NCBI GenBank assembly: GCA_965205015.1
Contig: OZ242029.1
Location: forward strand, 2,112,001 to 2,176,000
Direction: 5' to 3'
DNA: 64,000 nucleotides
Source of the DNA: Candidatus Poribacteria bacterium
GTDB lineage: Bacteria; Poribacteria; WGA-4E; WGA-3G
Shown here: one piece after another, positions 55,350 to 64,000 of the stretch
Numbering within the stretch: the stretch's first letter is position 1
Layout: every line of letters begins with the position of its first letter
Notes under the pieces: model-generated
Database searches by the model: none
Seen by the model: only the letters and a program-made list of their open reading frames with translations
Told to the model about the DNA's origin: nothing
Program-made: the position numbers and the translations under genes

Positions 55350-56810
55350 TTGATGAGAAACATCCTCGAAAACCCTTTTGCCCCACGACAATACGGACAA
55401 CTCGTTGCAGTGACAGAACGCGTATATCTCTTTCGTAATATTGTAAATTCTTCTATTATCATTGGCGATAAAGGCGTTGCGGTAATTGATACACAGGTAA
55501 ACCAAATGATGGCACGGCGGTTGCGTAATGCAATCCGTACCATTACGGATAAACCAATACTATATGCAATTAACACCCACTATCACTGGGATCATACCAA
55601 TGGAAACACTATTTTCCATGAAGCTGGAGCAACCGTTGTTGCTCGTGAAATGACCAAAGATTTTATGGTGAACAGGTCCCCGCGGCAGGAGGCATTCCTG
55701 CGTTCCCGCGGTTTCACACTCGGCGATCCACCCTTTCTACCACAACAGACGTTCGCACACGAAATCGAACTCGATTTGGGGAATCAACCGCTACATCTCG
55801 TCTACTTGGGAAAGGCAGAAACGGACGATGCCACTGCTATCAGAGTTCCAGCAGAAGATTGTATCGTTTCTGGTGATACCGTTATGACAGGAAGTTTTCC
55901 CATCTTTGGACAGCCCGTCATGAATGAAGGACTCATGGCGAACCACGATTGGATCGACACAATTAAAGAACTCCGAGCATATGAACCTAAATCTGTCCTA
56001 CCCGGACACGGACCCTTAGCGCGTGATGCCGAAATTGACCGCTTGCTTGAGATTGAGTCCTATTTCCTCACAGAAGTCCGAAAACGTGTTGAACAGGATA
56101 TGTCCTTGAACACACTGCTCGCCGAAATGGAAGCCAACTTACCCGACTGGATTCGCGCTATTGCTGAGGTCTGGGGAACACCCCGTTATGCAATCTTGAG
56201 GGTATATCGCGGGTTAATCGACGATCCAGAACCGGGGTGGCAACATCTGAAACCTTCGGCTATTCCAGCCGCGGATACCGAAAAACTTCACCAAAAAACA
56301 CACACACTTGAAGACTTTCAGGCTTACCGAGAAACCGCCGAAGAGGTTGCCGAGGGGAATGACTTTGGCTTAGCAATTGCCATCTTAAAAACCGCAACCG
56401 AAAAATATCCGAATCTACCCGACACTTGGACGGAATACGCGAATTTACTCACACAGGCATCCCGCACCGTGGCGAGCGTCCTTGAAAAGGGGGATTTCTT
56501 CGCCGAGGCTAAAAAAGCCCTCAGTATTGCACTTGAATTGGACCCTGATCACGCGCCAGCACATCTTTTGCATGGATACAACCACATCCTTTCTGCCTAT
56601 CGCAACGGGGACGAAACAAAAACAGGACTTGAGTCCATCTATAAAGCACTCGTCATCGGGATTCAGGGGACACAACTTGCACAAGCATACTTCTGTATCG
56701 GACTCGCGCATCGTACAAATGGAGACGAGACACTCGCGCGTGAAGCTTTCGCGAAGGCGATCGCTGCTGACCCAAGGTATATGCCAGCACAGTTAGCAAA
56801 TATGACATAA
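55350..56810 (+). CDS. MBL-fold metallo-hydrolase fused to C-terminal TPRs
   Basis: NTHYHWDHTNGN, SGD, PGHG; TPR-like ALELDPDHAPAH and AQAYFCIGLAH...AIAADP. Confidence 0.85.
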   Translation: MMRNILENPFAPRQYGQLVAVTERVYLFRNIVNSSIIIGDKGVAVIDTQVNQMMARRLRNAIRTITDKPILYAINTHYHWDHTNGNTIFHEAGATVVAREMTKDFMVNRSPRQEAFLRSRGFTLGDPPFLPQQTFAHEIELDLGNQPLHLVYLGKAETDDATAIRVPAEDCIVSGDTVMTGSFPIFGQPVMNEGLMANHDWIDTIKELRAYEPKSVLPGHGPLARDAEIDRLLEIESYFLTEVRKRVEQDMSLNTLLAEMEANLPDWIRAIAEVWGTPRYAILRVYRGLIDDPEPGWQHLKPSAIPAADTEKLHQKTHTLEDFQAYRETAEEVAEGNDFGLAIAILKTATEKYPNLPDTWTEYANLLTQASRTVASVLEKGDFFAEAKKALSIALELDPDHAPAHLLHGYNHILSAYRNGDETKTGLESIYKALVIGIQGTQLAQAYFCIGLAHRTNGDETLAREAFAKAIAADPRYMPAQLANMT

Positions 56811-56822
56811 GAGGAAACAAAA

Positions 56823-57773
56823 ATGAAATACGATAGCGTCTTACTCGTTGCATTCGGTGGACCCACACCCGGCTGCTGTCAAAAATACAATAAAGATATG
56901 TGTCCCGGCGAAGCCTACTGTTTTGTTGAAGGGATTGCCGGGGTGGCTGAATCTCAAAAAGAACGCGTAAAAGACATCTCAACGCACTACGTAAAATTGG
57001 GCGGATTTTCGCCATTCAACGAATTGACTTTCAAACAAGCCTGCGCACTACAAACCGCACTGCAAGCCCGCGATCTACCGCTACCTGTTTACGCCGGATT
57101 CAGACATTGGACTCCCTATTTAAAAGAGGTCATCGCGGAAATGGCACAAAAACGACACCGCAAAATACTCGGCATTATCATGGCACCCCACCAATCCAAA
57201 GTCAGTTGGGAATGGTACCAACAAACAGTGAAAAAAGGAATTGACGCAGTCGATGGTGAGAAACCGACTGTTGATTATCTTGACCCCTGGTACACACACA
57301 AGGGTTACATTGGTGCCATCGCTGAAATCATCGAAGCTGCATGTGGCGACAAGTTAGCACGCGCTGAACTTGTTTTCACAGCACACGCGATTCCCCAAGC
57401 CGCGGCAGATACTTCACCCTATACACAACAATTCGAGAAAACAGGCGAGGCAGTCGCTAAACAGATTGGAAAAACCCGATTCGGTTTCGCGTACCAGAGC
57501 GAGGTAGAAAATAGCCCTATTCCATGGATACAACCCGATATCAATGACTGGATTAAAACCCAAAAGGAAGCAGGTGTTGATACCGTTGTCGCTTCACCGA
57601 TCGGATTTCTCTGCGACCACGTCGAAGTGCTCTACGATTTGGACATAGAGGCGGCAGAAACCGCGGAAGCGTGTGGCATCGACTTCATTCGGGCGGGCAC
57701 GGTCGGAGACCATCCCAAATTCATCAATATGTTAGCAGACTTTATATATGAAAAGGCTTCGCAAGAAGAATAA
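56823..57773 (+). CDS. hemH: Ferrochelatase (HemH/CpfC)
   Basis: LLVAFGGP, GGFSP, FTAHAIP, AYQS, PWIQPDI, PIGFLCDHVEVLYDLD. Confidence 0.93.
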   Translation: MKYDSVLLVAFGGPTPGCCQKYNKDMCPGEAYCFVEGIAGVAESQKERVKDISTHYVKLGGFSPFNELTFKQACALQTALQARDLPLPVYAGFRHWTPYLKEVIAEMAQKRHRKILGIIMAPHQSKVSWEWYQQTVKKGIDAVDGEKPTVDYLDPWYTHKGYIGAIAEIIEAACGDKLARAELVFTAHAIPQAAADTSPYTQQFEKTGEAVAKQIGKTRFGFAYQSEVENSPIPWIQPDINDWIKTQKEAGVDTVVASPIGFLCDHVEVLYDLDIEAAETAEACGIDFIRAGTVGDHPKFINMLADFIYEKASQEE

Positions 57774-57815
57774 ATTAAAGGTAGTAGGCACACGTCGTGT
57801 GCCGTACCATAAGTT

Positions 57816-59234
57816 ATGTCGGAAAAATCGGGTAGAAAACATGCCATTGTTATCGGAGGGGGTATCACGGGGTTAGCTGCTTGCTACCGTTTGCAGCGCG
57901 AGGCTGTTGCACGCGATATTCCACTTGACATTACGCTCCTTGAGGCGAGTGAGGGCGTCGGCGGTGTTATTCAAACCGAACGCCGTGATGGGTTTCTCAT
58001 TGAACACGGTCCCGATGCGTTTATTTCAACCAAACCCGCAGCAAAAGCGTTATGTGAGGAACTCGGTATTGCAGATCAATTCATTGGGACCAACCCAAAG
58101 GTCCGTCGGAGTTTTGTCATCCGGAACGGGACGTTACATCCCGTCCCTGAAGGGTTTTATATGATGGCACCGGGCGCGTTCATGCCGTTTTTAAAAACAC
58201 CGCTCTTCAGTTGGCGAGGCAAACTGCGGATGGCACTCGACCTCGTTATTCCACGTAGGGGAAGGGATACGGATGAAGCGGTAGCACACTTCGTCAGACG
58301 TCGCCTCGGCACTGAAGCTTTCACACGAATGGCACAACCGATGATAGGCGGCATTTACACCTCAGATGCCGAAAATTTAAGCCTAAAGGCAACGTTCCCA
58401 AGATTCTTAGAAATGGAAAAGGCGCACGGCAGCATTATCAAGGCACTCCGGGCACAGAAGAAACAGGCATCCGAAACCAGTCGGGACACGAGTGGACCTC
58501 GCTACAGTCTTTTCCTTTCGTTTAAATCTGGAATGCAGACACTGACCGATACGCTTACCCAAGCAGTATCCAACAGTATCAAATTAAATGCGAAGGTAGC
58601 ACATATTCAACAAGCGAGCGATGCTAACAGGTGGCATATTTCGCTTGCTAACGGAGAAACGCTAAACGCGGAACTTCTCTGCATTGCCCTGCCAGCACCA
58701 CAGGCAGCAGGGCTCATCGGAGACCTGTCAAGTTCACTTACCTCAAAACTCAACGCGATCCCCTATGCCTCCTCGGCAACCGTCAATTTAGCATTCCGCC
58801 GTGAAGATATCACACACCCATTGGATGGTATGGGATTTGTTGTCCCCGCTACGGAAAACCTATCTCTCATCGGATGTTCTTTCAGTAGCATTAAATTTGA
58901 GAACCGCGCCCCAACCGATTTTGTCTTGTTCCGTGCCTTCGTTGGCGAACCCACGTCGAAAAAAACTGAAACTGAACTCATTGAACTATGTCAGGCAGAT
59001 TTAACCCCACTGCTTGGTCTCAAAAACACGCCACAGTTTGCCACGGTTCGTAAACATTTACAAGCAATGGCACAGTATCAGGTCGGGCATCAAGATATTG
59101 TCGGGAGTATAGAGCAGTTCACAGGCGCACTCCGGGGATTAGCACTCGCAGGAAATGGTTACCATGGAGTCGGCATCCCAGATTGTATTCAGAGCGCGGA
59201 AGCAGCGGCACTTACACTCTTAGATGCCCTATAG
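57816..59234 (+). CDS. hemY: Proto/coproporphyrinogen oxidase (HemY/CgoX)
   Basis: IGGGITGL, EHGPDAF, GGIY, FPRF, QYQVGH, GVGIPDCI. Confidence 0.92.
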   Translation: MSEKSGRKHAIVIGGGITGLAACYRLQREAVARDIPLDITLLEASEGVGGVIQTERRDGFLIEHGPDAFISTKPAAKALCEELGIADQFIGTNPKVRRSFVIRNGTLHPVPEGFYMMAPGAFMPFLKTPLFSWRGKLRMALDLVIPRRGRDTDEAVAHFVRRRLGTEAFTRMAQPMIGGIYTSDAENLSLKATFPRFLEMEKAHGSIIKALRAQKKQASETSRDTSGPRYSLFLSFKSGMQTLTDTLTQAVSNSIKLNAKVAHIQQASDANRWHISLANGETLNAELLCIALPAPQAAGLIGDLSSSLTSKLNAIPYASSATVNLAFRREDITHPLDGMGFVVPATENLSLIGCSFSSIKFENRAPTDFVLFRAFVGEPTSKKTETELIELCQADLTPLLGLKNTPQFATVRKHLQAMAQYQVGHQDIVGSIEQFTGALRGLALAGNGYHGVGIPDCIQSAEAAALTLLDAL

Positions 59235-59251
59235 GGTTCTTTAATTTTCTT

Positions 59252-59330
59252 GTAGGAGGGAACTCCGATTCCTGGCGGAAATCCCCTATCAAAAACACTT
59301 TCCTTTGTAGGAGCGAGTTCCAGCTCGCGA
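59252..59330. repeat. Pair of GTAG-REP-like hairpins
   Basis: GTAGGAGGGAACTCCGATTCC (similar to 20521) and GTAGGAGCGAGTTCCAGCTCGC. Confidence 0.5.
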
Positions 59331-59336
59331 TACTTT

Positions 59337-60347
59337 ATGAGAACGTATCGACGCAGAGTTACCATAAGTTTGGGACTCTTCGGATGTGTGTTGATGACAT
59401 TCATCGGAAGCCTCGTCCCTCGTGCTGAGGATGCTAAAAATCGCGTGAAAGAAGCCTATCAAGGGTTTCAAGAAGGAAAGTGTAAAAGTTGCCACCCCGC
59501 CATCTGGAGAGAATGGGAAAATTCGATGCACGCCAAGGCGTGGGTTGACGAAATTTATCAGGAAGTCGCAAATCAAATTAAGGATAGAGAAACCAAATGT
59601 GACCAGTGCCATGCCCCTCAACCCGTCCTCATCACAGGCGTTGGGGAAATGCCAAAATTGAGAAATAAACAACGGGAAGCAGGCGTTTCGTGCCTTGTTT
59701 GCCATCTCGATGCTGAAGGCGCGATGCATGGACCACCAGCGAGTGCAGAGACTTATTTCCACGCCAACGTAACCAACCCCATCTATACCGCGCCAACGAC
59801 ACTCTGTCGTACTTGCCATGGTCAGCCGACTGTTCCTGAGCACGACCAGGTTTCCAGTTTTCTGAAGAGTAAATTCGCTGAAGAGGAGAAGAGTTGTGCC
59901 ACATGCCACATGCCAGTTGTCAACCGGCTGCAAAGCACAGCCAGTTACGAAAGTATCAAAGGCAGGAAGCATACATGGCGCGGCAGCCGAAGTGTCGCAC
60001 AACTCAGACGTGCTGCCGCGCTTCAACTTGAAATTACACCTGAAAAAGTGAATGTGAAACTACAGAGCAAAACCGGGCACATCTTGCCGGGTGGCACATT
60101 GCGCACCATGGTTCTCGAGGCAAAACTTTTCTCTCCAGAAGGTATAGAACGGCGAAAGGCGCAAATCTCAATTTCGGCGAAGCAGCAAAACCGCCTCCTC
60201 CCAAATGAGATCAGAACCTACATTTTCGACACTTTATCCAGTGCGACGGGTGACACAATCACCGTCCGGTTGCTGTACCGATTGGTACCGAAGACACCCG
60301 AATCTGAGTGGATATTAATGGCGGAAAAAATTCACGTTGTCCGTTGA
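59337..60347 (+). CDS. Exported pentaheme c-type cytochrome (c554/c552-like)
   Basis: Signal/TM segment; five CxxCH motifs (CKSCH, CDQCH, CLVCH, CRTCH, CATCH); SMHA. Confidence 0.88.
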   Translation: MRTYRRRVTISLGLFGCVLMTFIGSLVPRAEDAKNRVKEAYQGFQEGKCKSCHPAIWREWENSMHAKAWVDEIYQEVANQIKDRETKCDQCHAPQPVLITGVGEMPKLRNKQREAGVSCLVCHLDAEGAMHGPPASAETYFHANVTNPIYTAPTTLCRTCHGQPTVPEHDQVSSFLKSKFAEEEKSCATCHMPVVNRLQSTASYESIKGRKHTWRGSRSVAQLRRAAALQLEITPEKVNVKLQSKTGHILPGGTLRTMVLEAKLFSPEGIERRKAQISISAKQQNRLLPNEIRTYIFDTLSSATGDTITVRLLYRLVPKTPESEWILMAEKIHVVR

Positions 60348-60350
60348 GGG

Positions 60351-61097
60351 CTAAGCGTTCATATTCGGCAATGAATCGAAACCCAGCAACCGTTTTAAAG
60401 TCGGTGTTGCGCGTGATACAACTTCATCCGATACCAATTCGAGATGTGCTTGCTGCGGTTTCAGAATAGACCGACAAAAAAAACCGAGTAACCCAACGCG
60501 CGGTTCATTCGTTCTATTTTCTGAAGAGCCATGCCATATTGCACCGTTGACGATTAAGACCGAGCCTCGGGGACCACACATCTGCAGCGCGTCGTCATAT
60601 TCCACACCGGGTTCAGGTAATGCTTCAAGGCGTCGATGGCTTTCCGGCACACAACGTGTCGCTCCATTTTCAAGCGTCCAGTCGTCTAAAAACCATACGC
60701 TGTTGGCAACCATCGGGAAGTTTGGACGTGGGGTGGGAAGCCCGGATAATGGATAATCAATATGGAGACCGGCATCAGGCGCACCAGGATAAAGCACATT
60801 GACCGTAAAGGAACTCAGCGTGCAATCAGCACCCAGTAAATACTCCATCGCGGCGAGCATTTTCGGTTGTTGAATCGCCGTTTCAAATATCTCGCCTTTG
60901 CCAACGAGGTTCCAGACCCGTTGGGCACTGCCGTCTGCAAGATATAAGTGACCTTTGCCGGCTTTTTGCTCTGCTTCGGCGAGTGCCAAAGCGTGTTCAC
61001 GGAGTTCCGTTGTGGTATCTGCAGAGATAAGGCTTTCCAGTAGCAGAAAACCGCGCTGGTCCAATTGGTGCTTTTCAGATTCACTCAAGGTAGCCAT
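60351..61097 (-). CDS. Phytanoyl-CoA dioxygenase (PhyH) family protein
   Basis: LHIDY, ENGATRCVPESH, WHGSSEN. Confidence 0.88.
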   Translation of the reverse strand: MATLSESEKHQLDQRGFLLLESLISADTTTELREHALALAEAEQKAGKGHLYLADGSAQRVWNLVGKGEIFETAIQQPKMLAAMEYLLGADCTLSSFTVNVLYPGAPDAGLHIDYPLSGLPTPRPNFPMVANSVWFLDDWTLENGATRCVPESHRRLEALPEPGVEYDDALQMCGPRGSVLIVNGAIWHGSSENRTNEPRVGLLGFFCRSILKPQQAHLELVSDEVVSRATPTLKRLLGFDSLPNMNA

Positions 61098-61214
61098 TTT
61101 TTTTCTCCGATGTTATTTTCTTGACAGTTTAAGCGTTTTTTGGTAATATGTCAAACAGATTGTGGATTTCTACGAAAATAGCCAGAAATCTTCAGGAAAA
61201 TTTGAAATTTTGAT

Positions 61215-61243
61215 TTGACATATTTTTAGAGTTGTGGTATCAT
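61215..61243 (+). promoter_or_regulatory. Sigma-70 promoter candidate
   Basis: TTGACA-17 nt-TATCAT; a second candidate TTGACA-17-TAATAT at 61121-61149. Confidence 0.6.
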
Positions 61244-61683
61244 TATATAGGCGGACTGCAATTTAATCGATGATATACCGATGCGGCGGGAACAAATTTT
61301 TACCGATTGCACAAAACATCACGTAACTGCAGGACGATTCTGTTTACCGGTTTTGCCCGTGTAACGTAATGTCTCTGACACTTAACGATTAAAGGTTTGC
61401 TTAATTTTGCCACTTTATGTTAAAATAATAGAAAAATTCCCGCAGGGTCAAATCGCTAAAGTTAGATGCCCGCTTTTCATTTGTTTTGACCTGTGCCATA
61501 GGCTATACAAACGCTATTCCATGGTTACATCGGTATCGGGAAATTTTAACGCTCGTTGGTAGGATGTTGATTGGATGGGCGGACATCTACCCCAGTCGTC
61601 TTTAGTTGTATTCTCGCTTGCCCATCTAAGAAACTCAGTACTGAGTCTTGCGAGCGCGCAGACTTAACGAGGAGGATGAGTTA

Positions 61684-64000
61684 ATGAAAAAACGAACACT
61701 CGTTTGTTTTTTGATTTTTACATTGTGTGTTCTTTACACTTCAATCCCGAACACTGTTTTCGGACAAGAAGCTTCCCTCGCCCAACAGGTGGCTGCAAAA
61801 TACAGCGAGTTGCTTCAACGTGAGGATATCCAAGCGGTTTTGCCAGATGTTCTGGAAGGCTTAAAATCAGACCAAATTCAAGGTATTTTGAGTGGAAATC
61901 CGGCACTTATTAGTACTGTCGTTGCTGCTCCGGATCTCTTACTGAATTTTGCGCCTGACACAGATCCGAAGTTCATAACACTTCTGAAAGAAGATAAAGA
62001 TCTTCAAGCGATGCTCAACGACCCACAAGTACAGTCTTTGCTTGCAGACGTAGCAGCGATTGACGAACTCGCAGGGTTGTTGAATGTTGGCGCACCTGTG
62101 GATACGCCGCCCGTAGATACACCACCTGTAGATACGCCGCCCGTAGATACACCACCTGTGGATACGCCGCCCGTAGATACACCACCTGTAGATACACCAC
62201 CTGTGGATACACCGCCTGTAGATACGCCACCTGTGGATACACCACCAATGCCCACAGAGAAAATGCCGATGGCAGATCCATTTGACACGATAATGCCCGA
62301 AAATGAGTTCCTTTTCGGTAAATCGCGTCTCGGGGGGCTTTCCCTCAACACAACTTCTGGAAGGCGGTTTGTAGAGGGGATGGCTGCTGCATTAGGCGTG
62401 CCTGTTGAAGCAGAAACCCTCGTGGATGCACTTCTTGCATTGGTGCCGCCAGAAGTTCCTTTTCCCAAAAAACAGGTGAAGCAGATTCTAACGACGAACG
62501 ATCAAGCCATCGCTTTCGCGAATGAAGCAAGCCAGTTAGATCCTGAGAACTTCGGAAATGCCATAACCCCGAATTTCAATGATTACGTCTTCTTAGACAA
62601 AAGCAGCAAACACCTCACCAGTGATAGCTTGCACCTTTATACACGTGTACCATCCGCAAACGTTGGTGGTGTTACCTTTAACCTCTCTGGGGGTAGAACT
62701 TATAAAGGTAAGCCGGTCACATTGGGTACTATTGGATCGGAGACCATCTCTTATACCTTCCGGTTGGAAGAAACACTCGCTGCTACCAACCTACCCGCAT
62801 GGCCCAGTTTAGACACCCAGTTGTTCTCTAATGTTGTTCTCCGCTATTCACAGACAGGGTTAAAAGGAGATTATATAGCGGTTGATATGCAGTCAGCAGT
62901 TACGAAAAACGGTGTCGTTTGGGAAAAAGAAATAGGCATTCCCCCGGGTGTCAGTGTCTACTATTACTTTGAAGTAACACTCCTTGAACCCGTGGAATTC
63001 ACGACGTTGAGTCGGGAAAAACTTGCTGAGATCATCCAGGATCCGCACACTGTTTCTTTTGAAAAGATCCTGGCTGCAACGACGGTCCTCCCAGTTGAGA
63101 ATTGGGCGATGCCTGATCCGCGTAACCTTCAGTTAGCCGATCGCGGTATTATTGACGCACTCTTCACCTCCGAGGTACGGGCTGAAATTCTCGGCATTTT
63201 GGGATCACCTCAAGCCCTTCCTATCGTTCAAAAGGTTCTCAACAAGGAAGAGGTTAGCCCCAGTGAGGTTTTCAGTGCGATCACGCCGAAGCAACAACGT
63301 AGACTTCAGAATCTATTGCTCCGCAATGCGAACAAACTGATGGCAAGTTTTGAGGCTTCATTTGATCCCTTGTTGGCTTCTGTCTTCACGGTGCCACGCA
63401 TCAATCCAGAAACGGAGTCAATTTGGGCTGTACACATCCCCAATATTGACGATGGTAACTATTACTTAGAGGCACTCGTCCACGGTGCCGACGGAAATCC
63501 GGTGGATCAGATTCAAGAAACTTTCACTGTTGATACCAGTGCACCCGAGGCAGACATCACGATCGAACCCAATGATGCGAATACTGCCGTTTACCAGAAC
63601 AGCGAAGGGATCTACGTTGCCACTGCTGTTGATGCGCCCGTAATGCTCAACATTATGGGCATGCCCAAGCCCGCTTACGCAGGACAAGGCGTAGGCCGAA
63701 GCGAAGGATACCTGTTCTATCAACAGGTTGGACTCGATGCCCATGGCATGCCGACAAGCACATGGATGCCATTGACAGTTGAGAATACCATGTTGTCGTC
63801 ACGGCTGTGGATGGAAGTCCTTAAGCACAATCCAAAACAGATGGTTTCTCTCGCAAAGCAATTGCAACCGCAGCTTGTTGGTGGACTTGACGATGCGTCA
63901 ATACTCAATCTCTTAAAGGCGCAGAATCCTGAGGCAATATTGGCACTGATCTCACCGACGGACATCCAAACGCAAGCCAATAATTTCTTTAAAGATTTAG
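61684..64000 (+). CDS. Large secreted/surface protein, 3'-partial (absent from the ORF track because it runs off the window)
   Basis: GAGGAGG SD, ATG 61684, signal peptide MKKRTLVCFLIFTLCVLY..., open for more than 770 codons, (PVDTP)10 linker, Ig-like FTVDTSAP. Confidence 0.85.
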   Translation, partial: MKKRTLVCFLIFTLCVLYTSIPNTVFGQEASLAQQVAAKYSELLQREDIQAVLPDVLEGLKSDQIQGILSGNPALISTVVAAPDLLLNFAPDTDPKFITLLKEDKDLQAMLNDPQVQSLLADVAAIDELAGLLNVGAPVDTPPVDTPPVDTPPVDTPPVDTPPVDTPPVDTPPVDTPPVDTPPVDTPPMPTEKMPMADPFDTIMPENEFLFGKSRLGGLSLNTTSGRRFVEGMAAALGVPVEAETLVDALLALVPPEVPFPKKQVKQILTTNDQAIAFANEASQLDPENFGNAITPNFNDYVFLDKSSKHLTSDSLHLYTRVPSANVGGVTFNLSGGRTYKGKPVTLGTIGSETISYTFRLEETLAATNLPAWPSLDTQLFSNVVLRYSQTGLKGDYIAVDMQSAVTKNGVVWEKEIGIPPGVSVYYYFEVTLLEPVEFTTLSREKLAEIIQDPHTVSFEKILAATTVLPVENWAMPDPRNLQLADRGIIDALFTSEVRAEILGILGSPQALPIVQKVLNKEEVSPSEVFSAITPKQQRRLQNLLLRNANKLMASFEASFDPLLASVFTVPRINPETESIWAVHIPNIDDGNYYLEALVHGADGNPVDQIQETFTVDTSAPEADITIEPNDANTAVYQNSEGIYVATAVDAPVMLNIMGMPKPAYAGQGVGRSEGYLFYQQVGLDAHGMPTSTWMPLTVENTMLSSRLWMEVLKHNPKQMVSLAKQLQPQLVGGLDDASILNLLKAQNPEAILALISPTDIQTQANNFFKDL
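62095..62244 (+). repeat. Coding 15-bp tandem repeat x10 (PVDTP)
   Basis: CC(T/C)GT(G/A)GATAC(G/A)CC(G/A) units differing only at synonymous positions. Confidence 0.9.

Noticed and set aside
59289-60026. 245-aa minus-strand ORF
   Set aside because: Antisense to the pentaheme cytochrome gene.
61433-61547. c-di-GMP-I or another known riboswitch
   Set aside because: I could not match the consensus motifs by eye, so it is kept only as an unassigned structured leader.
62095-62244. 15-bp repeats as CRISPR or iterons, and the antisense GGVST ORF 62004-62468
   Set aside because: Variation is confined to third codon positions of the plus-strand PVDTP frame, so this is a coding repeat.

Overview
Bacterial chromosomal window, about 48-50% GC by eye, consisting mostly of housekeeping and metabolic genes. 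Several exported proteins share a C-terminal V(D/E)PxxKLxTTWGxLK tail, and LamG, PhyH and FG-GAP proteins occur here too. From recall this pattern suggests Candidatus Poribacteria; no search was run. The window holds an HNH-rnpA-yidD-yidC-jag-mnmE block, rluB-like/HAD/pdxJ, gdhA/glnE, sugar catabolism genes, six tRNAs, the rpoZ-tRNA-rpmG-secE-nusG-rplKAJL cluster (with no tuf and no rpoBC), a heme cluster (hemE-MBL/TPR-hemH-hemY-pentaheme cytochrome c) and the start of a very large secreted protein. The most striking feature is one 1363-aa ORF (26465-30556) that fuses an ECF sigma factor, a full FtsZ GTPase core and the PHP plus polymerase core of DNA polymerase III alpha (DnaE). Second is an exported thioredoxin-TPR protein that the ORF track misses (11043-11957), with an in-frame TGA in a W-U-G-F-C motif followed by a SECIS-like hairpin, making it a probable selenoprotein. 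Intergenic regions contain many REP-like palindromes and MITE-like elements, but no transposase was seen.
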